Of a stretch of DNA of 40,224 nucleotides, positions 21,590 through 33,800 are shown piece by piece (the stretch's first letter is position 1; the number at the start of each line of letters is the position of its first letter). A program made the translations under genes and the position numbers. The notes under the pieces are model-generated. The model did no database searches. It was not told the origin of the DNA and was given only the letters and a program-made list of their open reading frames with translations. The stretch comes from Toensbergia leucococca (lineage: Eukaryota): assembly GCA_022813965.1 (NCBI GenBank), contig JALDZS010000207.1, positions 1 to 40,224 of the forward strand. The letters run 5' to 3'.

Positions 21590-23600
21590 CCCCTTCCCCA
21601 ATCTCCTCAAAAAACACGCCCGAAAAAAAGAAAAAAAGAAGATTTTTTTGAAAAAAAAAAAAAAAAAAAAAAAGGGAGAACGAAAAAAGACTTTTAACCG
21701 CCTCACTTCCAGCCCAGCCACTACCTTTCCTCCAAACAAACCAAACCCAAAATCAAAGCAGATTGAAAGAAAGACAGACTGCGACGACCAGAACACAAGA
21801 GGCCCCAACCCCAACTCTTTCTAGAAGAAAGTCCCCCCCCCGAAAAAGCATGAGAACCCACCATCTCCGTACCATTCCTACCATCCCTCAACCCCTATCC
21901 GCAACACCCCTCCCCAACACCCTCTCCCATCCCCAACCCAATCCCCCTAGCGCCTTCCCAAGACCTCTCATCTCCACCCCCGTCTCCCCCCTGGTACCAT
22001 CCACTCAAACATCCATCCCCCCACCTCTATCCAAAAAACCGCCACCCCCCTGGGCCTTATCAATCTTCTCCAAAAACATAGATGATGGGGATACCTGGGG
22101 TGCTTTTTCCCCCTCCTTTGTTTTCTACATTCTCTCTCAGATGCTCTCCCCCTATCACTTTCTTAACATCTGCACTCTTTGCAGGGGTGGGGGGGGTTTG
22201 GAAGAAAAAAGTCAGCTATCCTTTTCCCCCCTGCTCCCCCGCTTTGCTTGTTTTGGGGGGAAGGAGGGTGGCGGGGTAAGCTAGGGGAAAGAGAGAGAAA
22301 GGGAATGGGGGGAGGTGGGGGTTTATGGTGGGTACATGAAGTAACAAACCAAACTCGGTCAAAAAAAGAACGAGGAGGGGCTCAAAGATGGTAAGAAAAA
22401 AGCGCCGAACTGGACTCCTTACCGTATCAAATTTCGTACATCAGATATTTTCCGATCTACAAAAGCATACACCCGAAGTCATACAAAGTTAAATAATTCC
22501 CAAACCTCCAACAAACAATTTTCCCCCAGAAATCCCAAGGGGGCAATCTTCCAGTCTGTAAGATAAAAACATCTCTCCTTCTTTCCCCACCCCAACTATT
22601 TTCATACTCATCTCACTCACCCTACTACTACTACTAACCACACACACCACAAAAATCCCAAGTAAAGTAAACACAAAAATCCCAACCCCTCCACACATCC
22701 CTCCATCCCCAGATCATCCATCCCCCAACTCACAGAAACTCGTCCCTTGTCAGGCCCTGGGCAAGAAGGGATCAAAAACAAACTCAAGGAGCGGGGCCGG
22801 CGAGCGACGACGAGGTCTTTCTTTTTTTCCTCAGAGGGAAGAGAAAAAGAGCTCAATTTCGGTGTTGAATCTACTCCTATTTTATTATTATTAGCATGGG
22901 ATCTATACAAAGTTTCAAAATCCATTGATAAAACGATAAATAGATAAACTAAGCATACATATCCCAAACCCAACCTATATTCAAACAAAAAGGGGGCAGA
23001 GAGGGAAGAATTGTAAAATAAAACCCCCCCCACCCCAACGCCAAGGGAAAAAAAAAAACAAAAAATGTCTATAAGATTGCCAAAATAGCTCATAAGAGCA
23101 ACCCCAACTGGATTTATAAAAGACATGATACATTTTCATGCCTTTCAGAAGATCTGAAAACCGGGGTTTAGAAAGAACTAAAAGTCTTTATGTATCCAAT
23201 TGAATTGTAAAAAAAAGGGGGGCGGGGGGAGGGAGGGGGGGGGAAATCCAATTCATTATGCTTCCTCGGAGCTTTTCACATACCAGCACGCAAGTATAAA
23301 TACACAAGAGCCCCCCCCCCCCCCTACTTCCGCCATCGCTAGTGACCACGCAACCGCCATAAAAAAAAGAGGGGGGGGGGGTGGGTCAAAAAGAAAAACA
23401 AAAATATTTCCTCTCCTACAGACAACCGCCAAATGTCCAATCACACGCCACCGCAAAAGGAAAACCAAGCGGACTTTTCTTTTTAAAAACCTCTCCCTTA
23501 CAAAGATCCTGACGGGATTATACACAAATCTCCCTCCCTCTTCCCCCCTCAATTCCCCCCCTCACCTCCTACCTATCATCTCCATCTACAAAACCTCCTC
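21590..23600. repeat. Low-complexity homopolymer-rich island
   Basis: A23 at 21651-21673, C14 at 23311-23324, G run at about 23370-23381, and alternating C/A-rich and G-rich blocks. ORFs here are compositional (poly-K/F/P/G). Confidence 0.8.
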
Positions 23601-23612
23601 CAACGAACCAAA

Positions 23613-26600
23613 TTACCCACCCAGCACTTTTCTCATACCCTCGCACCTCTCCCTCTCGCGGACCAAACATCCCCTCCCTACAAGAACTTCCTCCAACCCT
23701 CCCAACACCTTCTCGAAACTGCTTTTGGCTCCCTTCTCCTGCGAGAAGCGTGCAATAGAGAGGTTGGCCTTGCGGCCGTGCTGCAGAACGGTGAAGAGTT
23801 CACAGGCGAGGGAGACGGGACGGATGTGCAGGGCTAGGAGGAGGAAGAGGAGGAACAAGTTAGCTGGTGTGCTGTCAAAAGGAAAATAAGTACCGAGCAT
23901 TACAATTCTTCTCTGCAACACGGGCCCAGATCCTCCCAGTCTCTCTGTCGACAGTAACGTCTCTCATCCCGTACTTCCTCCACTCCCGGAGTGTGCTTGC
24001 GATTTCTTTCCTGGCTCTCGCTTTGGAGACCTGAAAGCAGAGGATTGTGACGGCGGGTTTGATGCGCAGGAATCTGGCGAACCAGTTTTGGTGGTAGGGT
24101 TGTATGGCTCGAGGCGGTGGGGTTTGGAAAGTTAGATTGGACTTCTTGTTGTTATTGGAAGGGTGGGCGACGCTGGTTGCGCTGACATTCTGGAGAGCAC
24201 CGCTCATGTAGGTTTGCTGGGAGTGGGTCGAGGTGTCCTCGCTGGCGCCATCGTCGATACCGTAGCCTAGTCATGTCAGTCTATCTGTCGTTGCTTCTTA
24301 TAGAGTGCCTTCTGCTTCGCAAACAGGCTTACCACCAGAAACCACCTCGGAAGATTTCCTCGACTCCTTGGAGTTGAGCTTGCTGAACATCTTGAAGAAC
24401 TTTCCTTTCCCACTCGACGTTTCCTTCTCTTTATTGGGCTCACTCTTCTGTGACTCCTGGCTAGGTGTACCACTTACTCTCTTGATTGGCTGACCTTCAA
24501 TCGTCCCGATGCGTTGGTAGTCTTGAGGTATAATGTCATTCTTAAGAGGAGGCGGCGGCCCTTTGTCACTGTCACGACTTCGTTGGGCTTGAGTGTGGCG
24601 GCGGAACCAGCCCCTTTTGCTTTCTCCAGAATGTGGCCTAGGTTCTTTAGATTCACGATACTCTTTATCCTCATCTTCAGCTATCGGGTCAAGTAATTTG
24701 TCAAAAGTAACGCCAGTAGATCTACGATCTTCCTGTCCATACGACCGGTGATCATTAGTGGCCATCGTATCACTTACAAAACGTAGTTGCTGTTCTTGTG
24801 GAGTGGCGATGGGAACCGACTTATCTGACGGGGTGGAAGCTCCGCTTCTCTTGCGTATGGTAAGAGGTCGGATAGGTGAGATCGGTCTCTGATTATCTGT
24901 CACCATCCGAATCGTCGATCCGTCATCCAGTCTCTCCCTGGTCATACGCATATTGGTTGCCGCACTTCTCTGCAAGGGTTCTGAAGCGGAACGATACCCA
25001 ACACGTGCTGCCCCTGATAGATTGTCAACCTCATATTCGCTGCGTCCTAGCTCTGGTTTGGGAACGGATGTGGAAACCGCACGTTGATCTTCATAATTTC
25101 CTGTCATGTTGGGTTGCATTAGCCGGTTGACGTGTGCAATCAAGTCATCCAGACCAGGCGTGTCTGCAGCCCGCTGCTTTAAGAGGTCCATCGTCTTGGA
25201 GAGCTCACGATGATTGTAAGATCCAATGAGCTCCGAAGATGGCGGCATTGGCAATGGGCGCTGCTGAAGTTTGTCTTTCGCGTCACGATCAGGTGTGATT
25301 GCAGACAACGTCCTTGAATTCTCACGGACTGATAGCGAAGTTGCAGGAGACTCATAGATTCGGTCTGGGGGATCAGTAGCCGCAGTAAATGCGGTGGCTG
25401 TACTCGAAGCCATGGAGAACCGATCTTTGAAAGCCTCATCGCATACCTTTTCAAGCTCACTGCTGACTTTCCTTGCATCTTCTTTCCAGTAATGACTTGC
25501 TATCCGTGCTTTCCTCGACGTAAGCTGGCCTGCTTGATTAATACCTGTCTTCTCTTTCCTTGAGCGAATGACTGGGGGTGTAGAAATCTGAGGGCTCTGG
25601 ATTGTAGTAGGTGAGGGTGTGCTGGATGAAGTCTTTAGCTGCAGGTCACCAATCTGCCTCTGCTGTAAATTGAGTGGCGACGGCTTGTGCGGTATTGTAA
25701 CAGGCATCTGTTGAACACTAGTGGAACGCTTTCGTGTATGAGTGAAACTGACTCCACGTTTATAGCTAACAGATTTACGTATATCTTTAGGACTACTCGC
25801 TAGAGAGGGTCGAGAGCCATGGTACGATCCCGCGAGGCCTCTCTTGACCCTTTCTATTTGCTCATTGCTTCCATAGGGTAAAGGAGGCGGTGAGCTATGC
25901 ATGCTGTAGGCGTCAGCTCCCTGAATTCCAGTACGTCTACCATTTCGTGCAGATGCTGCGTTGCTAGGGGCTCGTCGGTTAGAAGAAACAATAGAAGGAT
26001 GCCGATCAACAGAAGAATTTGATGGTCGTTTAAGGACAGTGACCCTAGCATAATCTGCCTGCGATTTTGGAATCTGGGTGCGAGAAGGTCTAAAAGGATC
26101 ATAGCTCTCTTCGGTCGCGGCGGTACTCGGTCGTCGTCGATAGCGCTGTCCTGCACTACCCTCATTCAATATGGAATATTTTGAAACACTACGATGTGGT
26201 CCTGGTCCTTGAGCATTAAGCCGCGTCGACGTTCGCCGGCTCATCTTTCTTTGAACATGATGATAGTCGCTCTTGGAGTACTCAATAGGAGGGCCTTGAT
26301 AGTTCTCTAATTGCTCTTCCTTGAATTTCAAGAGCTTAGCATAAATTATCTTCTCATGATTGGGTCTGTGAAAATGGTTAGTCAAGAATTGAGACAATTG
26401 GAACACGAAGAGTCGTTCGATCCCGTTCCAAGAGCAGCAGGAGAGAGGATAACCCAAAAACAAAGCAAGGCCAGACTTACTTGTCATTCAACAGTTGTAT
26501 AGCAAGCTCCTCGGCTGTTGATCCGTGCCACAAGTTCTGGAGGTTTCTCAAAAGTTCTGCGTCAATGTCCATACGATGCTGAATCCGTTCGCCACAATCT

Positions 26601-27913
26601 ACCACTGTCAGAGGTGGCGGGGGCCCAACCTCCGGGTTCCTGTCCAGAGCTTCATACCGACGTAGTAACGGGTGCTCCCACATTTGTTGCATGGAAATCC
26701 GCTGACTTGGGTCCGGCTGTAATATTCTCCATATGAGATCTTTAGCCTCGGGGGTCAAGTTCCCTGGCAGAGTATATTCTCCTGCCTGGACAAGAGTCAG
26801 GACTTCCCGGCAATTCTCGTCAAAATCTTCCATTCTACTTTCAAATGGAAGTCTTCCGGCAAGCATTGCGAATAGAATGACCCCACAGGACCATACATCC
26901 GCTCGATCCCCACTGTAGCGTTCTCCTCGTATGACTTCTGGCGAAGCGTAGTGAGGACTGCCACATGAAGATTTGAGCCATCTATTTGCAGGCTGCAATG
27001 CCGCCATTCCGAAATCTGCAATCTTGACATCCCTATTCCGATCCAGGAGGATGTTTTCCGGCTTGAGATCCCGATGACAGATGCCAAAGAGATGGCAATA
27101 CGAGAGTCCGGCTATCATTTGGCGAAATATATGCACTGCTTCAGGTTCGTCGAGAAAGCCATTTGAAATAATATGTTTGAATAGCTCCCCACCTTCTATG
27201 TATTCAAGAACCAGATACCTGAGTCTCGTGATCAGCTCATCGTTGCATAGATGTATCAAATGGAAGAACGGAAACATGGAAACATTGAAAACTCACAGCT
27301 CGCCTCTATTCTCCCAAACATCGTAGAGGCTTATGATATTTGGATGATCTATCAATTTCATGATGACAACTTCCCTTTCAATCCCAAATGGCATGAGCCT
27401 ATTTCCGCTGCTTTCCGCCACCTGACCACGATTCATAATATCCATGTCTGCTAGACTCTTTGTTCGAAGTAGAGCTGTGGTGTTTTTGCTGACAATCTTG
27501 ATGGCGACGGCTTGACCTGTCAACATGTGTCTTGCCTTTCTTACCCTTCCTGAGGCCCCCTTCCCAAGCGTCTTACCCAGCTGCCATGGTCCTACGTGTG
27601 TTTTGCGCCTGGATGTTGTGGATGTGTTGGTAGAGGTATTGGATATCTGCGAGTCACGATTGGACTTCTTTTGAGATTCATTAGTGATGGCCGAAAGACG
27701 TTTGTTCTCGGCATTGGAAATCGGAGAGGCTGGATTGTTACGAATCTGTAGATTTCCATTTGCCCAAAGCGACTCATGATGAGGCATTTGTGCAGAACGT
27801 GAGTCTGATGGACGTCGCGATGTTGAGGGCTGATGATTGTTGACTCTCTCAGTTGTATCTTGTAAAGGTTCGCGGTACCTCGAAGGCCGCTCTCGCATAT
27901 CAGAGGCTTCCAT
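23613..27913 (-). CDS. GIN4: Nim1-family Ser/Thr kinase (Gin4/Hsl1/Kcc4/Cdr2-like) with C-terminal fungal KA1 domain, about 5 exons
   Basis: VGPWQLGKTLGKGASGRV, AIK, GIEREVVIMKLIDHPN, HRDLKPEN, DFG, CGSPHYASPE. C-terminal QNWFARFLRIKP...EWRKYG...RFSQEKGAKSSF. Probable ATG at 27913. Orthology within the Gin4/Hsl1 group is not resolvable by eye. Confidence 0.9.
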
Positions 27914-29439
27914 GCTGGAATTCAAGAAAGGTGAGCTGCCCAACAATTTGTTCCCCAATCCTGGAATAAATGACGTTGCCAATGTCACCAAGTCGAGATA
28001 TCCAAGGACTGTGACGTACACTGAAGTTTGAGCTAGAAATCCAATGGTAGTCAAGCTTTATATTCCAAGAAGTTGGCAATAGAGAGCATATCGTGCCAAT
28101 GGAAGAATATCCATGCTGTGAAAGAGCTCAGGCGAGGATGCGAAAAGGTGAGCGGGGTAACAAGACGTTCTGTACGAGAGCACTCTTTGGGATATTCAAA
28201 GTTGAATGTCGGCCAGAGTGTTCGTGGTGCATGTATCTCAACGCCGTCGTCTTCAGGCTATTTTCTCTTGTTTCATTTCTGAGCTTTAGCAAGTACAATT
28301 GTGAGACAGAGCAAAAAGAAAGAAAGCAAGCTAGGATGGAACGAGCGACAGGAATGTGAGATTGCAATGAGATGGCTCGAGTTGTTGTTGTTGTTTGTTG
28401 TGGTTAATACGGTACTCCGTAGTCAAGAGGTGCAAGATTCAAGGAATGCAAACATCTTGTCAGAAAACTAGTCATACACGGCTAAGAGCACTACCTACGG
28501 TACTGCTGGGACGAAGAAGAGATGTTACACGCTGAAGTTGGTTGAGAAGAAGCATTTACTTCCATACATTGCTCCATAAGTACGAGAAGCACACAGTCGC
28601 CCATCACACTCGTGTAAGCGTCTTCTTACTCTTGAAGAAGATGGAGATGGACAGAATAGCTGTGCGCTGTCGAATGAAGATGAAGATGAAGACAGTCAGA
28701 AGTCAAGTTGAAGTCGACGTCGATACTCCGTCACAAGGAGACAAGGACCTACCTATTCTCCTATTCTAGATGTTTTCGGCTATTCTAGAACTTGAAGCCC
28801 CCGGTCATTAACTCATTGAACTCATTGGTGGCTCGGCGCTCAATTTAATTCCTAGATTATGATGTATCTAAGCTACCACTACATCGGAGAGTCCTGCTTG
28901 CTCAGTGGCCCTATGAGTACCTAACTGTCCCTCTGTTCACACAACTTCCCGTGCACTGTACCATACCGTGAGACCCCAATACCGTCACATGGCTTCATAT
29001 TAACCCAACATGAGTAGAGAAGATCAACGGTTTGATATACCATACTCGTCTTGGCTATGGGACTTGACACGTCGAATCCATTACTTCTGACTGCTGCTTT
29101 CCAGATCCCTCAACCACCCCCCAGCATACAGAGTATTGCCAAACCCAGAGACCACTCTAGCTCCAAAAAAAGCACAAAGAAAGTTGCTCCATATGTTCAT
29201 AAGCTCCATCCCCCTGTCGGCCAACGAAACAAAAGGTACAACGGTAGGTATACCCTCCTACATCAAGCGCCTTGCAGAAACCAAAATACTAATATCCCAT
29301 AGATATACATTAAGAGGCTTTCTCCCTAAACCGGAGACCATGAGGCGTCCCAAATATCATCCACCCCCGTCGTCCAGGTCTTTTAAACGCCAGTGAAGAT
29401 CATGTAGGCTGGAACGATCAAAAACAAAATAAAATCCAA

Positions 29440-30846
29440 TTATAAATGGGTATTAAGTATGGGACTATCCTCGTTATCGCTGCTGAGCATTTCCGACTTG
29501 TCGATGGGTGACATCGACCCGTCATCCTTGATGACTGCGTCTGGAGGTAATGCCTTGCCACAGCCTTTGACGAGGATGTGCCTCTGTTGATGGCGTTAGC
29601 TTCATATAGTACTCATGCAAATCCATCGACGGCCTACCTTGAGCGCATCTTTTCTCGAAAAGCTCTTTTCACAATGTCCGCAAGGGAATGGCTTCACCGC
29701 AAGATGTATCCTCTTATGTCTCTTCAGATCGTGATTTCGATTAAAGCTTTGAGGGCATTGGTCGCACTTGAATGGACGGTCATTGTGAGGCGTCTGGTGC
29801 TGGCCGCCGTAGATTTGCTGCATCTGCGCAGCATGTCCACTGTTGAATGCGGGCATCATGCCGCCTGATAAACTACCCACCAGCGCCATCTGACTGCCTG
29901 GGCTGTGTAAATTCGACATGATTGGTCCCGTCATGGCCGGTAAAGAATACGAAGTGAACGGTCGAGCAAATTGAGGGGCCTGCTGTGATGGGTTTGGATG
30001 ATGCATCGGCGCTTGCCCATTGCTTGGCGATATTCTCGATCCCTGAGTGCTTGCACTCATTGGACTTTGCTGCACCGGCGAAGGAGCAGGATATGCAGGA
30101 AAGTGGCTTTGTTGAGGCGTTGACGATGGTTGTGAGCCACTGTAGTACGCTGGTGTAGGCGGCGGTCTTTGCATGTACTGGTCAGAAGGGTTTATTGGTG
30201 ACGATTGCGTCGTGGAGGCTGAGACCGGAGTGTGCACATTCATATAAGCCTGTGCCATTGCTTGCTGTTGCGCAGCAATAGCTGGGAGGCTAGCAGGCGC
30301 GGACATGGATAGTGTAGTAGGAAATGGAGGTAATTGATTCAAGTCGTACGGCGGAGGCGGTAGACCTTCCGTGGCGGTCGGGGAATTGGAAGTAGTGCGC
30401 ATGAGAGAGCCAAGGGAAGGGGAAAACATGCCCCGCGGTGGAAACAAAGGGTTTAATGGTCCTTGTCCCCATGGTTGCGGTGTAGTTCCTAGTCCAAACG
30501 GTGTAGTCCCTGTCGCAGGCGGTGGCCAGAATCCGTTTGGTGTATAAGGTGGTAGACCTGATGCTGCAGCGCTATTGCTGTGAACGCCCGAGGAAATGGG
30601 GCTGAGGCTGTCGCCTGGAATATTCGAAGGAGGTGTCAAGAGGTTGCCCACACTCACGTTTGCGGGGGATGGTTGTGTGGTGTTGATAGTAGAAAATGGA
30701 AGATACTTCTGCGGCAACTGTGGAGGGGGTAACTCAAAATTCGGTAGGTTCGAGGCTGCGGATCTTCGAGCTGTGAAACTAGCAGGTGCGCCGATAGGCT
30801 CTAAATTTGAAGCCATTCCAGGCTGCTGCACTGCAGCGGAAGCCAT
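29440..30846 (-). CDS. C2H2 zinc-finger transcription factor (two C-terminal fingers, P/S/Q-rich N-terminus), 2 coding exons
   Basis: FKCDQCPQSFNRNHDLKRHKRIH and FPCGHCEKSFSRKDALK/RHILVKGC across a GTAGGC..GCTAAC..CAG intron. First ATG at 30846, stop 29440-29442. The frame stays open upstream to 31173. Confidence 0.92.
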
Positions 30847-33800
30847 ATTGAAGGCCCCACGAGAATGGCCGGGTGGCTTGAAAACGTCCGTCTCCGCAGA
30901 GGGTGGAGTTGGGAGAGTGTTCGACGGTGGAACGGTGATAGGATGAGCAGATGTGTTCGCACCAGGCCAATATTGACCTGTTGGTGCTTGTGAATAATCC
31001 AGGGAGGGCAGTCCGGAGGTTGAGGCCGCAGACAGCGTTGAAGGTATCGAGGGACTCTGCGACAAAGTCCAAGGAGACAAAATGCTCGGTAAAGGAAGGA
31101 AATTTCGCCCTGATGGAAGTAAAAGGGTCGCCGTTTTGTAGGTGTCGCCAAGTAGAAGGAGGAAGTTTCGGCGTCAATAGTTTTCAGGCTGCTATTCCAA
31201 TCTTTCAATGACAGTGAGGCGAGAGAAATTGCGAGATCAAGGTGGTCACTCGATTCCCGGAAAGCGCGTCAAAGGGCAACAAGTCTAGGGTAATTCGAAT
31301 CCAATATACTCACTGTGCAAGCGCGGAACGTAGACTGTGTCTTGCCAGATTCTTGGACCTGGGTGGACAAAGTGATATGAATGCGAAGGATCCACCGTCC
31401 AACGCGCTGAAAATCTCCAGATCTTGGATGTCTCAGGCGCTGATAGATATCGCAGTCGACTTTTAGCAGAGCAAGAAATGCGACAGTGCCCCAACTTGAT
31501 CGAAGCTTGTTTCGGACAGCGGAAGTATGGATAGGCTTGACGGTCGGCGGACGACGGGCTTGATTTGTTGACGATAATAGGTTCTTCGTCGTCGAGTCAA
31601 TAGTTGTTGAGGTCAAGGTGGTGGTAGTGGCATGACCTGGTCGTTTGTTTGGTGTCGATCCCTTTGTTAAGCTTGTCCGGGTAGGCGCATTTAGAGGGGC
31701 GGATGGCGGTCTCGAAGGCTGGATGCGGGCCAGAGAGAGTGACTCCCCCCCAGGACATATGTAGTAGTAAATTATGTGCCGTACTAAGGATCAATTGGGC
31801 GCGATTCGAAATGGATGATTTGTTAGTGATGCTGCTACCCATGCGAGGTATTAGTAGTCGTGATAGGGTGGTAAGGTAGTAGGAAGGTAGGTAGAAGTAG
31901 AATAGCGGGCGTGGGGATCAAGGATAAAGGGTTGCTAAAAGGTTGCTAAGGTACCTACTTACCTCTAGACTATGATTTGGAAAAGCGAAAAAGGCCCTGG
32001 GACTACTAGTGGGCAGTGGCTAGGCGATAAGTAGGTACTGGCAGGCTACGATCATCTGAGTTCGTGTCGAGGCACAGAGGCAGACCCGGAGCCAGAGAAG
32101 GGAAGACGGAGAACCCCCTTAGAGAATTGGCCAGTGCGGGAATGGAGCTAAGGTTACCTGGGATGGCAAGCCCTGGGCAAGACAGGCAAAGTGCACATCA
32201 TCTCCATCCTCTAGCCGACTAGGTAGGTACGGCAGCAAACTACTTGGGGCCATCAGCCATGGGGCGGTCCAGCTAACAGGATATTGCGCGGGATGGGCTT
32301 CGCGGGCTTGAATGTAGCCAGTAAGGTAGACCAGTCGTAGATAGGATGTGTGAGAGAAGGGTAAAAAAGCAAAGCGAAAAGGGCCTTTCGCCAGAGATGA
32401 TTGGCCGAAGCCGAGACTGAGCCTAATTCGGATGTCACTTCACTTTAGCATTCCCTGCTCCTTGCTCCTTGCTCCTGACATGCATGAGAGATTGACAGGG
32501 GTACAGAAGGAATCAGACCCATGGACGCCAGCCTCTACTCAATGAAAGGGAAAAGGGAAATCACGAATCTTCCATCAGCAGTGGAGCGCATGGCAATGCC
32601 CCGTCCACCATGCATAATCTAGTCGAGACGCGGTTGACGACGAATATTCCAAGTGCTGTTTCGATGACCATACCCAAACACCAGCTGGCCTCTTCCCTGG
32701 CAGCCCGACATTTCACGTCACATGTGTAAGATACGCATGTGTAGGATACTTCCCGAGCGGTGGTGCAATCACGATGAAGGCTAGAGGGATTAGGCATTAA
32801 GGTACACAAGATCCTCATTCCTTTGCCAGTCGCGAACCTGTGCCTTGGCACCCGAGGCTGTATGGAAATCTATTCTATTCTAATGTCAATGAGAGAGCTG
32901 AGCATGCGTGCTGTTCTATTATTCATAGCCTTCATGCACAAGCAACTCAGCTGAGCTCGTAAATGGTCAATGGATCGGAAAGATGAGGCTCTACTCTTGT
33001 GAGCCGGCGGAGATTGAGCATTGCTATTTGCTACGGTACTCTAGAATGTCCCGAAGCTGCGGTTCTCCTTACAAGATTTAGACGACGATCAAGCATGGCT
33101 CGGGTATCCCTGTCATGCTCCCAGCGCACGGATCATTCCAATTTTCCAATCACATGGCGCTTCCAATCGATTTACTCCCGAGAATACGCAACTGGCCTTT
33201 AACTTTCACTACGACGTGCGCCATAGCTGTCAAAGACTCGGGGACTTGTCAGCAACGGACGCACAGGACTTGGGCCGGCGACAGGTACCTCACCTCAGGA
33301 GTCAGCAAAGATTACATCAGATTACGTAGCATCTATCAACAATTTCGGTGCTTTGCCCATGGACCAGCATCGTCCCGGCATCTCTGCAGCTCACCTATCA
33401 GAGCTCGAGTTTAGCGAAGAGTGGCCTAGAATTTGCTCGGTAGGGGACTGCATTGTCTCCCCGGCACGCTATCACCTTGGCATTGCTCAAGAACTTCGGT
33501 CGAAACCACACTACCGAAATGCTATCCTTGTCTTTATTCCGCAATTCGGCGCCCAGACTTGGATCTACGCAACCGAGGACGATATTTTGCAGAAAAGTTG
33601 GTGCAAGGTCAGAAATTAGAACAGGCAAGCCAAGGCAAAACTCCATGTGGCATTCGCCCTACTAATGTACGGTAGCCATGTGCACGCCTGGGATTTGGGT
33701 TGGTAAGAGGGAGACTTTCGATGCAAGACCTGCTTCCGTATGCAGCCGGTCCTTTCGGTTTCCACTTTATTTTCATGGCCCATGCATATATGATTTGAGT

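Noticed and set aside
21305..23889. Long ORFs rich in K, F, P, G (e.g. 23200-23889, 21763-22284)
   Set aside because: Stop-codon depletion from homopolymer composition, or antisense overlap with the kinase last exon.
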